A stretch of DNA of 64,000 nucleotides, taken from NCBI GenBank assembly GCA_002159075.1, contig LZRT01000072.1, positions 7,096 to 71,095 of the forward strand, given 5' to 3'. This DNA is from Bacillus thermozeamaize. Lineage in GTDB: Bacteria > Bacillota > Bacilli > ZCTH02-B2. Below are positions 1 through 11,035 of the stretch, in pieces (position 1 is the first letter of the stretch; each line of letters begins with the position of its first letter). Position numbers and translations under genes: made by a program. The notes under the pieces were generated by a model. It saw only the letters and a list, made by a program, of their open reading frames with translations. It made no database searches and was not told the DNA's origin.

Positions 1-578
1 CTTTTGGCCAGACGGTGGCTGTTGGTGGCCGTCAGGCGCAACCGTCCCTCATGCATTTCCCAGCAGACGCCCGTCAAAATGGGCCGGGTTTCAGATTCCG
101 CGACAGCGAACACGGTTTGCTGGATAAGCGTTTTCAACAGGTTGCCGGGCAGCACGATGGAGGGATTGTTCTCCCAGTCAAAGCCGGGCAGGGCGGGATA
201 TTCTTCCGGATCCAGGCCGTTGAGGAGAACCTCCGTCTTTCCGGAGGTGATCTTGGCCGTGTAGTTGGCCGAGACCTCAATCGTCAGCTTTTCGCCGTCC
301 AGGCGCCGGATGATTTCCGCCGTGTAGCGTGCCGGCAAAACCACTTTGCCCGGCCGGTGTACGAGAAGCGGTTCTTCCTCTTCAGCTTCAGCCGGAGAAC
401 GAAGCGGAATTTTGGTTTGTATCGAAATGTCGGAATTGCTGCCCGCCAGTGTTAAGCCGTTTTCATCTGCGATGAACAAAATGCCTGTCAAGATGGGAAT
501 GGGTGTGCGGCTGTTGACAGCGTGATGCACTTGCTGGACAGCCGTGTTGAAACACATACGGTCGATGGTTATCAGCAT
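1..578 (-). CDS. dnaN: DNA polymerase III beta sliding clamp, N-terminal part (gene continues beyond window start)
   Basis: Reverse-strand translation from the ATG at 578 gives MLITIDRMCFNTAVQQVHHAVNSRTPIPILTGI...DISIQ..., matching the DnaN N-terminus (B. subtilis MKFTIQKDRLVESVQDVLKAVSSRTTIPILTGI). GAGGAG RBS upstream. The ORF track missed it because it has no stop in the window. The + ORFs 4..264 and 15..455 are antisense artefacts. Confidence 0.9.
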   Translation of the reverse strand, partial: MLITIDRMCFNTAVQQVHHAVNSRTPIPILTGILFIADENGLTLAGSNSDISIQTKIPLRSPAEAEEEEPLLVHRPGKVVLPARYTAEIIRRLDGEKLTIEVSANYTAKITSGKTEVLLNGLDPEEYPALPGFDWENNPSIVLPGNLLKTLIQQTVFAVAESETRPILTGVCWEMHEGRLRLTATNSHRLAK

Positions 579-834
579 CTTTTCTCTTCTCCTCTGGATC
601 TTTCCGGGTTTGTGTGATCTTCGGGCTTCCTGAATTTTTTAGCCGCGCGAGAAGTCAGGCGGCATGTTTTCGCTTGCGGCATCATACATATGGTAGGATC
701 AAAAGACTTTTCTTTTGGCAGTACTATTATGGATTGTGGATAAAGGGGATAAAATGAGTGAAGTGACGGCGCAAACAGTTATCCACTGTGCATAACTTCA
801 GGGAAAACAGAGCATGTTGTTCACAAATCGTTGT
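579..834. promoter_or_regulatory. oriC DnaA-box cluster, dnaA-dnaN intergenic (putative DUE side)
   Basis: Perfect DnaA box TGTGGATAA at 735-743 (reverse complement of TTATCCACA). TTATCCACT at 779-787. Two TTGTTCACA variants at about 817-835. Moderately AT-rich stretch around 690-730. Confidence 0.75.
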
Positions 835-2220
835 TCACAGGGCGGATGACGGATTTCTCATATGTTGAAGGCGGTCTTGAATCCGCTTGATGCTATCCTG
901 CAACTGGATGTCTTGCTGCAACAGTTGTTCCACCTTGGTGTGCGCGTGCAGCACCGTGGTGTGGTCCCGTCCCCCGAACTCCTGTCCGATTCTCGGCAGT
1001 GAATAATCGGTCAGTTCCCTGGCCAGATACATGGCCACCTGCCGCGCGAATGCGACATCCTTGGTCCGGCGTTTAGCCTTCATTTCATCCGCTTTGATGC
1101 CATAGTGCTCGGCGACCACGATTTGGATGTCCTCGATGGTCAAGGGCCGGGACTGTTCAGGGGAGAGAATGTCTTTCAATGCCTCTTGTGCCAAGTGAAT
1201 GTCCACGTCCCGGTTGATGACGGAAGAGTAAGCCACCACCCGGATCAAGGCTCCCTCCAGCTCGCGGATGTTGGTGCTGATTTTGTTCGCGATGTAATGA
1301 ATGACATCTGGCGGGATCTCCAGTTGTTCTGCTTTTGCTTTTTTATGAAGAATCGCAATTCTTGTCTCCAGATCGGGAGGTTGGATGTCGGTGATCAACC
1401 CCCATTCGAAACGGGAACGCAGCCGGTCTTCCAAGGTTGGAATTTCTTTGGGGGGACGATCACTGGAGATCACGATCTGCTTGTCGGCCTCATGCAGCGC
1501 GTTGAAGGTGTGGAAAAACTCTTCCTGCGTCTGCTCCTTGCCGGCCAAAAACTGGATGTCATCAATCAGCAGCACGTCGATGTTCCGGTATTTGGTGCGA
1601 AACATCACGGCCTGATTGTCGCGAATGGCGTGGATAAATTCATTGGTAAACCGTTCCGAAGTCATGTACATCACTTTTGCGTGGGGGTTCCGCTCCAAAA
1701 CGTGATGGCCGATGGCGTTCATCAGGTGCGTTTTTCCCAGTCCGACGCCTCCGTAGATGAAAAGCGGGTTATACGCTTGTGCCGGCGATTCGGCGACGGC
1801 CAGCGAAGCGGCATGGGCAAAGCGGTTTCCTTCGCCGATGACAAAGGTGTCAAAGGTGTATTTGGGATTGAGATTGCTATGAAAGCGCGACGGATGCGTT
1901 TTTTCCGGCTTGAGCTGGATGTGAATCTGTTTGACGGCGTCGTGGGTCGCATCCTTGCTCTGGGGTTCAGGCAGGACAAATTGGCAGTTCAACAGATTCC
2001 CCGTCACTTCGTAAAAGATTTCCTGCAGCAAATCGCTGTAGTGCTTTTGCAGCCAGTTTTGGATAAATGGGTTGGGCACCTGGATGACGGCCGTATCCTG
2101 GTCGATCCGTTCCAGCTTGGTGTCTTTCAGCCAGGTCTCGTAACTGGGCTTGCTCACTCGCTTTTGGATCTGCTCGATCACTTCTTCCCAGATCTGGGTA
2201 CTTTCCTGCACAGTTGGCAC
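835..2220 (-). CDS. dnaA: chromosomal replication initiator DnaA
   Basis: Walker [14 protein letters not shown]+ domain and C-terminal DNA-binding domain are recognisable. The likely start is the GTG at 2218-2220, preceded by AAGGAGG; the track ORF runs further upstream to 2331 without an RBS. Confidence 0.93.
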   Translation of the reverse strand: MPTVQESTQIWEEVIEQIQKRVSKPSYETWLKDTKLERIDQDTAVIQVPNPFIQNWLQKHYSDLLQEIFYEVTGNLLNCQFVLPEPQSKDATHDAVKQIHIQLKPEKTHPSRFHSNLNPKYTFDTFVIGEGNRFAHAASLAVAESPAQAYNPLFIYGGVGLGKTHLMNAIGHHVLERNPHAKVMYMTSERFTNEFIHAIRDNQAVMFRTKYRNIDVLLIDDIQFLAGKEQTQEEFFHTFNALHEADKQIVISSDRPPKEIPTLEDRLRSRFEWGLITDIQPPDLETRIAILHKKAKAEQLEIPPDVIHYIANKISTNIRELEGALIRVVAYSSVINRDVDIHLAQEALKDILSPEQSRPLTIEDIQIVVAEHYGIKADEMKAKRRTKDVAFARQVAMYLARELTDYSLPRIGQEFGGRDHTTVLHAHTKVEQLLQQDIQLQDSIKRIQDRLQHMRNPSSAL

Positions 2221-2797
2221 GGGTAAATCCTCCTTGCTGGGGGATTGCGCAATGTGGCAAAAATCCACAACTTTCGCAGCCTGTAGACAAAAATATCCAC
2301 AACCTATGGAAACTGTCCACAAAGTTATCAACAGGTTGTGGGTAACTTATTTGCATGATGAACTTGTCCACAGAGTCAGTAGTCCTAATCATAGCATAAA
2401 AAAAAGGCCTGTCGCAATTCTTTTTCCGGCCTCTCCAGGATGGTTGTCCCGGATTTCAAAAGGTTGTGGATAGATGCTGTCCACAACACTAGATATTGTG
2501 ATTAGCCTGTGAATTTTTATTGGTTGCGCGGTCGGTTTGTCCACATGTGGACAATGGGGAATCGCGGATGATTTGTGGATTGTGGAAAGGGAGTTTTGTC
2601 TTTTCTTGTCAAGGGTTGTCCGTTTTCTTGACATGTTCCCGGACACTGGATAGAATAACAAAGATGTTACTGCTATCTGGGACGACCCGGGAGTCATTAT
2701 ATTTAAGTGAAACAAGGCGACAAACGAATCAAGGCGACAAACAAGGCGACGCAGATGGGGAGCCGTCTGTGGGGTGCCGAAGGGAGGAGGTGTCTTC
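2221..2797. promoter_or_regulatory. oriC DnaA-box cluster upstream of dnaA (incA/incB-like) plus dnaA and rpmH promoters
   Basis: At least ten 7-9/9 matches to TTATCCACA on both strands, e.g. ATATCCACA near 2294, TTATCAACA, TTGTCCACA, TGTGGATAG near 2465, and the head-to-head pair TTGTCCACATGTGGACAA at about 2531-2548. Confidence 0.8.
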
Positions 2798-2932
2798 ATG
2801 AAGCCAACCTATCAACCCAAGCGGCGGAAGCGGAAAAAAGTGCACGGTTTCCGGAAGCGGATGAGCACGAAAAACGGCCGTAAAGTGTTGCAGGCCCGGC
2901 GTCGAAAAGGGAGAAAGGTGCTTACTGCGTAA
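2798..2932 (+). CDS. rpmH: 50S ribosomal protein L34
   Basis: Translates to [53 protein letters not shown] is upstream. The ORF is below the track's length cutoff. Confidence 0.97.
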   Translation: MKPTYQPKRRKRKKVHGFRKRMSTKNGRKVLQARRRKGRKVLTA

Positions 2933-3009
2933 AAAGAAGAGAGGCCTAATCCAGGCCTTTTTTCTATATCTATGGAGATTGATAGAACTAGGAGGATACT
3001 GTCGTCAGC

Positions 3010-3369
3010 ATGTTGCCGCGCCAGTTGCGATTGTCGAAGCGGGAGGATTTTAAAAGGGTTTTCCAGTGCGGGAAATCGGTAGCAAATCGTGAGTTTGTCT
3101 GCTATACTTTTCATAACCCAGAGGTAGAGCGATTCCGGATGGGGGTTTCCGTCAGTAAAAAGATCGGCAATGCTGTCATTCGCAACCGGGTAAAAAGGCT
3201 CATTCGGGAAGTGGTCCGCCTGCAGGCGGAGGAAATTCGGGATCATCTGGATCTGGTGATCATTGCCCGCAACCGGGCCCGGGATCTGGACTTTGAAGGT
3301 GTGAAGAAGAGTTTGAACCATCTGTTCTGGAAGGGAAAGATTTTCCGGCAGCGGGGAAGCCAATCCTGA
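3010..3369 (+). CDS. rnpA: ribonuclease P protein component
   Basis: 119 aa basic protein (…FRMGVSVSKKIGNAVIRNRVKRLIRE…) in the conserved position after rpmH. Confidence 0.9.
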   Translation: MLPRQLRLSKREDFKRVFQCGKSVANREFVCYTFHNPEVERFRMGVSVSKKIGNAVIRNRVKRLIREVVRLQAEEIRDHLDLVIIARNRARDLDFEGVKKSLNHLFWKGKIFRQRGSQS

Positions 3370-3428
3370 CAGACGGCAAGGGACGCTTTGTTTCTTGCCG
3401 GCCACCAATCCATTTTTGAGGCGAACCG

Positions 3429-3638
3429 ATGCGACATCTCCTGATTGGTTTGATTCGATTCTACCAGCGATTTCTCTCACCTCTGAAACCACCTGCATGC
3501 CGTTTTTATCCGAGTTGCTCACATTATGCCATCGAGGCCATCAAGAAGCACGGGGTGATCCGAGGGGGCTGTTTGGCCATGCGCCGAATTGTCAAATGCC
3601 ACCCTTTTCATCCTGGAGGATACGATCCAGTTCCCTGA
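3429..3638 (+). CDS. yidD: membrane protein insertion efficiency factor YidD
   Basis: 69 aa with the …[16 protein letters not shown]… signature. Lies between rnpA and yidC. Confidence 0.85.
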   Translation: MRHLLIGLIRFYQRFLSPLKPPACRFYPSCSHYAIEAIKKHGVIRGGCLAMRRIVKCHPFHPGGYDPVP

Positions 3639-3673
3639 TGAGATGAACGGAAACGTTTGTTACTTCACATGAT

Positions 3674-4477
3674 TTGGGAGGTTTTTTCTTGGTCAGGCGA
3701 ATAGGTGTACTTTTCGGTTTGCTGCTGATTGTCTTCATGATGACAGGCTGCTCACCAGAGAGCTACATGAAACCCATTGATCCCAATGGCGGCATCTGGG
3801 ATCGTTATTTTGTGTATCCGTTATCATGGTCGCTGGACACCGTCGCGGGATGGATGGCCGGATCGTATGGCCTGTCCATTTTGGTGGTGACGTTGTTCAT
3901 TCGTCTTCTCATCCTGCCGCTGATGTATAAACAGATGAAGAGCAGCAAGCAATTGCAGGCGATTCAGCCTGAGCTGGTGAAGCTGCAGAAAAAATACAAG
4001 AACAACCAGGAAAAGCTGCAGATGGAGACGATGAAGCTGTTTCAGAAACACAATGTGAATCCGTTGATGGGTTGTTTGCCCATTTTGATCCAGATGCCGA
4101 TTCTGATCGCTTTTTACCACGCGATCATGCGAAACGCGGAAATCCGCGAACACAGTTTTCTCTGGATGAACCTGGGGGCTCCGGATCCGATTTACCTCCT
4201 CCCTGCTTTGGCTGCCCTGACCACCTACTTTCAGACCGTGGTCACGCGGAAGATGATGCCCACACCGTCCACGATGACCGCGCAGATGCAGCAACAGCAA
4301 CAGATGTTGCGGATGATGAGCGTGTTCATGCCGGCCATGATCCTGTTCATCGCCATTACGCTTCCGGCTGCCCTGTCATTGTATTGGGTTTACAGCAACC
4401 TGTTCTCTATCTTGCAGACCTATTTTCTCTACAAGGTGTTGTACGCTGAAAAAGTTCAGGAGGGTACAGCGCAGTGA
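3674..4477 (+). CDS. yidC: membrane protein insertase YidC/SpoIIIJ (lipoprotein type)
   Basis: Signal peptide with lipobox-like ...MMTGC, multiple TM helices, and conserved YidC core in a syntenic position. The exact start is uncertain. Confidence 0.88.
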   Translation: MGGFFLVRRIGVLFGLLLIVFMMTGCSPESYMKPIDPNGGIWDRYFVYPLSWSLDTVAGWMAGSYGLSILVVTLFIRLLILPLMYKQMKSSKQLQAIQPELVKLQKKYKNNQEKLQMETMKLFQKHNVNPLMGCLPILIQMPILIAFYHAIMRNAEIREHSFLWMNLGAPDPIYLLPALAALTTYFQTVVTRKMMPTPSTMTAQMQQQQQMLRMMSVFMPAMILFIAITLPAALSLYWVYSNLFSILQTYFLYKVLYAEKVQEGTAQ

Positions 4478-5274
4478 GAAAAGTGCTGGCCGAGGGAAGG
4501 ACGGTTGAAGAGGCGATCGAAGCCGGGCTGAAGGAGCTTGGCGTGCCGAGGGAACAGGTGCGGATCCGGATCCTGGAAAAGCCGGCCCGGCGTATTCTCG
4601 GATGGTTTGGCAGGCGGCAGGCCAGAGTGGAGCTGGAATGGCTGGCCGACCCTGTCGATGAAGCGAAGCGGTTCCTTTTGGATGTCATCCGTTGCATCGG
4701 TGTGCCGGCCGAGCTGGAAGTGTATGCGGATGAAGACCGGCTGCGCATGCAATTGGTAGGCGAACAGGTCGGGGTGTATATCGGCCGCCGGGGTGAGACG
4801 TTGGATGCGCTGCAGCATTTGGTTTCCCTGGTGGCAAACCGGTACGCGGAACAGTATCTGAATGTGGAGCTGGACGCGGGCGATTACCGGCGGCGCCGGG
4901 AAGAGGCATTGAAAAATTTGGCCAGGCGGCTTGCCGAAAAGGCTGTGCGAACGGCCCGGCCGGTCTCTTTGGAACCGATGAACGCCCGGGAACGAAGGGT
5001 GATCCACATGTCGCTGCGTGAACACCGGGACGTGTACACAGAAAGCCGGGGAGAAGGAAGCCGCAGGCATGTCGTCATCTATCCCAGGCAATCGTTTTCC
5101 GACCCTCGGTCAGCGCAATCCTCCGTGTCGCAAAATCGCTCCCTGCGACAGCCATCCTTGCAACGACCATCCCACCGCACCACATCCCAAAAACGAGGCG
5201 ACGCTCAACGACGACCGCATGCAACCTCCTCCTCTTTGCCGACTGCCGATCCCCATGAGCGACAGGATGGATAG
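4474..5274 (+). CDS. jag: Jag/KhpB RNA-binding protein (KH and R3H domains) with a Ser/Arg/Gln-rich C-terminal tail
   Basis: GTG start overlaps the yidC stop (GTGA). KH/R3H core …GRRGETLDALQHLV…; about 60 extra low-complexity residues at the C-terminus. Confidence 0.85.
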   Translation: MRKVLAEGRTVEEAIEAGLKELGVPREQVRIRILEKPARRILGWFGRRQARVELEWLADPVDEAKRFLLDVIRCIGVPAELEVYADEDRLRMQLVGEQVGVYIGRRGETLDALQHLVSLVANRYAEQYLNVELDAGDYRRRREEALKNLARRLAEKAVRTARPVSLEPMNARERRVIHMSLREHRDVYTESRGEGSRRHVVIYPRQSFSDPRSAQSSVSQNRSLRQPSLQRPSHRTTSQKRGDAQRRPHATSSSLPTADPHERQDG

Positions 5275-5362
5275 CGGATTACTTTTCCACTTTTATTCAT
5301 ACTTGAATTGTGTTACCCTGAAAATTCAGGGATAAAAGCGTTTTGCAGCATTAGAGGACAAA

Positions 5363-6751
5363 GTGCAGGTGTTGCCAGTGGAACAGGATACCATTGCGGC
5401 GATATCCACCGCGCTGGGTGAGGCAGCCATCGCGATCGTCCGCGTCAGCGGGCCGGAGGCGATACCGATTGTCGATCGCCTTTTTCGCGGCAAAGTCCCG
5501 CTTGCGCAAGTCAAGAGCCATACGATCCATTACGGCCATCTGATCCGCCCGGATACGGGGGAGAAGGTGGAAGAGGTTTTGGTATCGGTGATGCGCGCGC
5601 CGCATACCTTTACCCGTGAAGATGTGGTGGAAGTGAATTGCCACGGGGGCATTGTCGGCGTACAGCAGGTGCTGCAGCTCATTCTCGATGCGGGGGCACG
5701 TCTTGCGGAACCGGGTGAATTTACAAAGCGGGCCTTTTTAAACGGTCGGATCGATCTGGCGCAGGCGGAAGCGGTCATCGACTTGATCCGCGCCAAATCG
5801 GAGCGGGCGATGAAACTTGCCATCCGCCAGGTGGAAGGCAGGCTGTCGGAAAAGATCCGCGCCATCCGGCAGCAATTGCTGGAGCTGCTGGCGCATCTTG
5901 AGGTCACCATCGATTATCCGGAATATGATGCGGAAGACCTGACCCGTCAACACTTGCTGAACGAGACAGCCAGGCTCAGGGAAGAGATTCGCAAGCTTCT
6001 GGCCTCGGCCCGGCAGGGGCGCGTCTTGCGCGAAGGGGTATCCACCGCGATCATCGGCCGGCCCAATGTGGGAAAATCTTCGCTGCTCAATGCTCTGGCC
6101 CGTGAAAACCGGGCGATCGTGACGGACATTCCCGGGACGACACGCGACATTATTGAAGAGATGGTGACCGTCCGCGGGATTCCCCTGCGCCTGGTGGACA
6201 CGGCGGGGATCCGGGAAACGGCGGATCTGGTGGAGCAAATCGGCGTCCAGCGTTCCCGCAAGGCGCTGGAAGAGGCCGATCTGATCCTGCTGGTCGTAAA
6301 CAGCGGCGAGCCGATGACGGAAGAGGATCGAAAGCTTTTGGCCATGGTGAAGGATCGCAATGCGATACTGGTCGCCAACAAAGCCGATCTCCCGCTGCGC
6401 CTGGATTTGCAGGAGCTGGAGTCGGCTTTTCCTGGGAGGGTGGTGCAAACCTCCACAGTGGGCGAGCCGGGGCTAGCGCAACTGGAGGATAAAATCGCCG
6501 AACTGTTCCTTTCAGGAGAAGTGGAGACGGAAGACTTCACCTACCTCAGCAATGCACGGCATATTCGTTTGCTCACCCAGGCAGAAGATGCGCTTGCCGA
6601 AGCGCTGCGTCATCTGGAGGAACAGATCCCGGTGGACATGATCGGAATTGATCTGCGGCGTGCCTGGTCTCTTTTGGGTGAAATCATCGGGGAAGAAGTG
6701 GGAGAGGCGCTGCTGGATCAGATCTTTTCGCAGTTTTGTCTCGGAAAGTAA
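5363..6751 (+). CDS. mnmE: tRNA modification GTPase MnmE
   Basis: GTG start with AGAGGA RBS. G-domain motifs [16 protein letters not shown] and NKAD, and the C-terminal CxGK tetrapeptide (…FCLGK). Confidence 0.93.
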   Translation: MQVLPVEQDTIAAISTALGEAAIAIVRVSGPEAIPIVDRLFRGKVPLAQVKSHTIHYGHLIRPDTGEKVEEVLVSVMRAPHTFTREDVVEVNCHGGIVGVQQVLQLILDAGARLAEPGEFTKRAFLNGRIDLAQAEAVIDLIRAKSERAMKLAIRQVEGRLSEKIRAIRQQLLELLAHLEVTIDYPEYDAEDLTRQHLLNETARLREEIRKLLASARQGRVLREGVSTAIIGRPNVGKSSLLNALARENRAIVTDIPGTTRDIIEEMVTVRGIPLRLVDTAGIRETADLVEQIGVQRSRKALEEADLILLVVNSGEPMTEEDRKLLAMVKDRNAILVANKADLPLRLDLQELESAFPGRVVQTSTVGEPGLAQLEDKIAELFLSGEVETEDFTYLSNARHIRLLTQAEDALAEALRHLEEQIPVDMIGIDLRRAWSLLGEIIGEEVGEALLDQIFSQFCLGK

Positions 6752-6779
6752 CATTCGTTTTGTGAAGGAGGGAAGGACG

Positions 6780-8669
6780 ATGCCATACGAAGCAGGAAGT
6801 TACGACGTAATCGTGGTGGGCGCGGGTCATGCAGGTTGCGAAGCGGCGCTGGCGGCAGCCAGGATGGGTTGTGAAACGCTGCTTTTGACCATCAACCTGG
6901 ACATGGTGGCGTTCATGCCTTGCAACCCGTCCATTGGCGGACCGGCCAAAGGCCATGTCGTGAGAGAGATTGATGCCCTTGGCGGCGAAATGGGACGGAA
7001 TATCGACAAGACCTATGTACAAATGCGGATGCTGAATACCGGAAAAGGCCCTGCGGTGCGGGCGCTGAGGGCCCAGGCAGACAAGTTTCTCTATCAGCAA
7101 GAAATGAAAAAAACGCTTGAACGGCAGCCCCGTCTGACGCTTTTGCAGGGGATGGTGGAAAGGCTTCTGGTAGAGGATGGACGGTGTTACGGAGTTGTAA
7201 CCAGGACCGGGGCCATCTTCCGCAGCAAGACGGTGGTCCTCACGACAGGCACTTACCTGCGCGGCAAGATCATCATCGGGGAATTGAAGTACGAGAGCGG
7301 GCCGAACAACCAGCAGCCGTCTGTTGGATTGGCTGAACATCTGCAAGAACTGGGATTTGAACTGACCCGCTTCAAGACCGGTACGCCACCGCGGGTGAAC
7401 CGCGACAGCCTGGATTTTTCAAAGATGGAAGAACAACCTGGAGACGATGTTCCGCGCGCCTTTTCTTACGAGACGACCGACTTCAGCCGGATGCAGGATC
7501 AGCTTTCATGCTGGCTGACCTATACTTCCCCGCAAACGCACCAGCTGATCCGGGACAACCTGCATCGGGCGCCGATGTACAATGGCGGGATCGAGGGAAC
7601 AGGCCCGCGTTACTGCCCGTCGATTGAAGACAAGATCGTCCGTTTTGCGGACAAAGACCGTCATCAGGTGTTTATCGAACCGGAAGGCCGGAACACAAAT
7701 GAAATGTATGTGCAAGGCATGTCCACCTCGCTGCCGGAAGAGGTTCAGGTCGAGATGCTGCGCACCATCAAGGGCATGGAAAACGTCCAGATGATGCGTC
7801 CCGGTTATGCCATTGAATACGATGTCATCGTTCCCACACAGCTTTGGCCTTCCCTGGAGACGAAAGTGGTGGAAAACCTCTTTACGGCTGGCCAAATCAA
7901 CGGCACCTCCGGTTATGAGGAAGCTGCCGGGCAAGGCATCATGGCGGGGATCAATGCGGCCCGCAAGGTGCAAGGGAAGGAGCCGGTCATCCTGGATCGC
8001 TCGCAGGCGTATATCGGCGTGCTCATCGACGATCTGGTGACCAAAGGAACGCAGGAACCGTACCGGCTGCTCACCTCTCGCGCCGAATACCGCCTCTTGC
8101 TGCGCCACGACAACGCCGATCTGCGGCTGACTGAGATCGGATATGAAATCGGCCTGATTTCGGAGGAACGGTACCAGCGCTTCCTGCGCAAAAAAGCGCA
8201 GATTGAGCGGGAGCTGGAGCGCCTGCGGACGACCAAAATCAAGCCGACGCCTGAAGTGAACGATTATCTGGCATCGCTTGGCACGGCGCCGCTTGACAAT
8301 GCCGTGGAACTGGCAACCCTGCTTCGCCGGCCGGAGGTCACCTATGCGGATGTGGCCCATCTTTCACCGCCGCCGGAAGTGTTGATCCCAGAAGCGGCGG
8401 AACAAGTGGAGATCCAGATAAAATATCAGGGGTATATCGACAAGTTGCTTGCCGAAGTGGAAAAAATGAAGCGGATGGAAAACAAGCGTCTTTCCGACAA
8501 GCTGGATTACTACGCCATTCACGGCCTTTCCCATGAAGCGCGGGAGAAACTGAGCAAGGTGCGTCCTCTCTCCATTGGACAGGCATCCCGGATTTCAGGC
8601 GTGAATCCGGCGGACATCTCCATTCTGATGATCTATCTGGAACAAATGGAACGGAGGACGTCAGCGTGA
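6780..8669 (+). CDS. mnmG: tRNA uridine-5-carboxymethylaminomethyl synthesis enzyme MnmG (GidA)
   Basis: ATG at 6780 after GAAGGAGGGAAGG. N-terminal FAD-binding [16 protein letters not shown]. 629 aa. The track ORF start at 6648 would overlap mnmE. Confidence 0.93.
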   Translation: MPYEAGSYDVIVVGAGHAGCEAALAAARMGCETLLLTINLDMVAFMPCNPSIGGPAKGHVVREIDALGGEMGRNIDKTYVQMRMLNTGKGPAVRALRAQADKFLYQQEMKKTLERQPRLTLLQGMVERLLVEDGRCYGVVTRTGAIFRSKTVVLTTGTYLRGKIIIGELKYESGPNNQQPSVGLAEHLQELGFELTRFKTGTPPRVNRDSLDFSKMEEQPGDDVPRAFSYETTDFSRMQDQLSCWLTYTSPQTHQLIRDNLHRAPMYNGGIEGTGPRYCPSIEDKIVRFADKDRHQVFIEPEGRNTNEMYVQGMSTSLPEEVQVEMLRTIKGMENVQMMRPGYAIEYDVIVPTQLWPSLETKVVENLFTAGQINGTSGYEEAAGQGIMAGINAARKVQGKEPVILDRSQAYIGVLIDDLVTKGTQEPYRLLTSRAEYRLLLRHDNADLRLTEIGYEIGLISEERYQRFLRKKAQIERELERLRTTKIKPTPEVNDYLASLGTAPLDNAVELATLLRRPEVTYADVAHLSPPPEVLIPEAAEQVEIQIKYQGYIDKLLAEVEKMKRMENKRLSDKLDYYAIHGLSHEAREKLSKVRPLSIGQASRISGVNPADISILMIYLEQMERRTSA

Positions 8670-9394
8670 GTCACGACAGCCAGTCGTTGAACCGGTGGCT
8701 TGCAGCCGCTTGTGCGCCTCATCTTGCACTGGACGAAAGCCGGTTGGGCCTGTTTTCCGATTACCTGGAGCTGTTGCTTTCATGGAATGAACGGTTCAAC
8801 CTCACCGCCATCACCGAGCCGCGCGAGGTGTATGTGAAGCATTTTTACGATTCGCTGACACCCGCATTTGTCCACGATTTCACCCGGACAAGGCGGCTGA
8901 TGGATGTCGGGACGGGGGCGGGCTTTCCGGGAATTCCGCTGAAGATTGCCTTTCCCCACATCCGGTTGACGCTGCTGGATTCGCTGAAAAAACGGATCTC
9001 GTTTTTGGCGGAAGTGGTGGCCAGACTCAAGCTTTCTGATGTGGAACTCATCCACGGCCGTGCGGAGGAAGTGGGACGTCACCCGCAGCACCGGGAACGA
9101 TATGATGTGGCCATCTCCCGGGCTGTGGCCCGCCTGAATGTATTGTCCGAGTATTGTCTCCCGTTTGTCCGCACGGGCGGGGTTTTTATCGCCATGAAGG
9201 GAGCGCAAGCGGAACAGGAAAAGCAGGAGGCGCGTGCGGCCATTCGCCGGCTGGGCGGGGGGCGGATCGCGGAACACCGCTTTGATTTGCCTGATGAGGC
9301 AGGCGAAAGGACGCTTTATGTAATCGGCAAACAGGCGGCGACGCCAAAAGCTTTTCCGCGCAAGCCTGGCATGCCCGCCAAACAACCGCTTTGA
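8666..9394 (+). CDS. rsmG: 16S rRNA (guanine527-N7)-methyltransferase RsmG (GidB)
   Basis: 242 aa SAM-dependent methyltransferase in the syntenic position. Start overlaps the mnmG stop. Confidence 0.9.
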   Translation: MSHDSQSLNRWLAAACAPHLALDESRLGLFSDYLELLLSWNERFNLTAITEPREVYVKHFYDSLTPAFVHDFTRTRRLMDVGTGAGFPGIPLKIAFPHIRLTLLDSLKKRISFLAEVVARLKLSDVELIHGRAEEVGRHPQHRERYDVAISRAVARLNVLSEYCLPFVRTGGVFIAMKGAQAEQEKQEARAAIRRLGGGRIAEHRFDLPDEAGERTLYVIGKQAATPKAFPRKPGMPAKQPL

Positions 9395-9419
9395 CCTGAC
9401 GCTTGTCAGGTCTTTTTTG
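9393..9419 (+). terminator. rho-independent terminator of the rpmH…rsmG gene string
   Basis: GACCTGAC-GCTT-GTCAGGTC stem followed by TTTTTT. Confidence 0.8.
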
Positions 9420-9433
9420 TTCCACGTGAAACA
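9418..9433. promoter_or_regulatory. parS centromere-like site
   Basis: TGTTCCACGTGAAACA matches the Spo0J-binding consensus TGTTNCACGTGAAACA exactly. It overlaps the 3' end of the rsmG terminator. Confidence 0.8.
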
Positions 9434-10056
9434 ATGCCGACCCTGTTGGTTTCCATTCTTAATAAATTAGGAAAAGCATCAAACGCCGCGACGGCACTTA
9501 ATTTGAAATAAAGAAAAGAGTGGGTGAAAAGAGGAGCAGAAAACTTGCAGGGAACCGGAGATGGGTTATTGATACCTGTCAGACATCCTTAGGGCTACCC
9601 GTAACGATGATTGTGGTGTTGAACGTGAAACTCTGCCGAGAAATTTTTCTGGTTTTCATTTCTGCCGGTCGTTTTCATTTCCGCCGGCAGAGGGAACCAT
9701 TTTATGGTGGTCAACGGACAACGATGTTCCGTTTTAATAAAAGAGTAAATGGATCGGGCATGGGAGAGGAAAAATGGCCGAAGCCGTTGTGGTAAAATGT
9801 AGAGGAAAAACAAACCGCCACACGAACGTGCATCGTGATGGTGGCGGCGTACCCATTCCGCCATTTCCTCCACCGAACCGCAGAGACAATGGAGCATCAG
9901 CATTCGGGCGAAATCGGTTTTGGCGAGAAGGATTTTTTGCGTGGCATGTCGAAAAGATGATCAAGCACCCCATGTCTTTTTCTTATTTTTGGCAAGGCAA
10001 ACTGTACTGGTTCGTTAAAGATAGATTGGTTTAACGATAGAAAGAAGTGATGGCTT

Positions 10057-10926
10057 GTGAAGGGGCATCTGAGCAAGTGGTTTGGTTTTTCGGAAAAGGA
10101 TTCTTCCCACGGCAGGCGGGAGGAGTGGGCGGATGAGGTTGAAGCGGTGGAAGAGGTGAAGGAGATCCCTGTTGAGCTCATCTCTCCCAACCCCTATCAG
10201 CCCCGGACCGTCTTTGACGATGAACGCATCGAGGAATTGAGCCAGACCATTCGCACGCATGGCGTCATCCAGCCCATCGTGGTCAGGGAATTGGAGAATG
10301 GAAAATACGAGCTGATCGCCGGCGAACGGCGGCTGCGCGCGGTGAAAAAGCTGAATCTGCCGACCATTCCTGCGATCGTCCGCTCGTTGAATGATGCGCA
10401 GGCTGCTTCCATCGCCCTGATCGAAAACCTGCAGCGGGAAGGCCTGACGGCCATTGAAGAGGCCTATGCCTATCAACAGTTGTTGCAATTGCATGGGCTG
10501 ACGCAGGAAAGCCTGGCGCAGCGGCTGGGAAAAGGTCAATCCACCATTGCCAACAAATTGCGCCTGCTCAATCTTCCGGAGTCGGTTCAGCACGCGCTGA
10601 TGAAAAGGCAGATCACCGAACGGCATGCCCGTGCCCTGCTTTCCCTCCCCGATGCCGAGTTGCAGGAAAAAGTGTTGTCCGAGATTCTTCAGCATGAATG
10701 GAATGTCAAACAGACGGAGCAACGTGTCAAACAATATCTTGATGCCCAAAAACAGCAGCCAGCCAAAAAATCCAAACGGATCGCGTTCTCAAAAGATGTA
10801 CGCCTCGCGCTGAACACAATTCGCCAGTCGGTGAAGATGATCACTGGCAGCGGGATGAACATTGATGCGCGGGAAGAGGAACATGAAGAGTACGTGCAGT
10901 TTATCATCCGAATTCCAAAAAAATGA
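10057..10926 (+). CDS. noc: nucleoid occlusion protein Noc (ParB paralogue)
   Basis: Strong similarity to B. subtilis Noc throughout, including …QREGLTAIEEAYAYQQLL…RLGKGQSTIANKLRLLNLP…. GTG start. Confidence 0.9.
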   Translation: MKGHLSKWFGFSEKDSSHGRREEWADEVEAVEEVKEIPVELISPNPYQPRTVFDDERIEELSQTIRTHGVIQPIVVRELENGKYELIAGERRLRAVKKLNLPTIPAIVRSLNDAQAASIALIENLQREGLTAIEEAYAYQQLLQLHGLTQESLAQRLGKGQSTIANKLRLLNLPESVQHALMKRQITERHARALLSLPDAELQEKVLSEILQHEWNVKQTEQRVKQYLDAQKQQPAKKSKRIAFSKDVRLALNTIRQSVKMITGSGMNIDAREEEHEEYVQFIIRIPKK

Positions 10927-11035
10927 TCTTCATGAAAAATGTTCATCATGTATAATAGGGTTGTCTGAAACTTCCATTGTCCCCCGTTCGAACGGGGTGT
11001 TTTTTTCTGCAGATCCCAATCCGAGGTGAGTATAC

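Noticed and set aside
4-455. Plus-strand ORFs 4..264 and 15..455 at the window start
   Set aside because: They are antisense to the clear dnaN N-terminus encoded on the minus strand (1..578).
1105-2226. 373-aa plus-strand ORF inside dnaA
   Set aside because: It is antisense to a textbook DnaA. It has an Arg/Gly/Val-rich composition typical of GC-rich antisense frames.
9520-9795. 91-aa ORF in the rsmG-noc gap
   Set aside because: It has no RBS, an odd composition and no recognisable family. I treat the region as non-coding or structured RNA (see the finding for 9434-10056).
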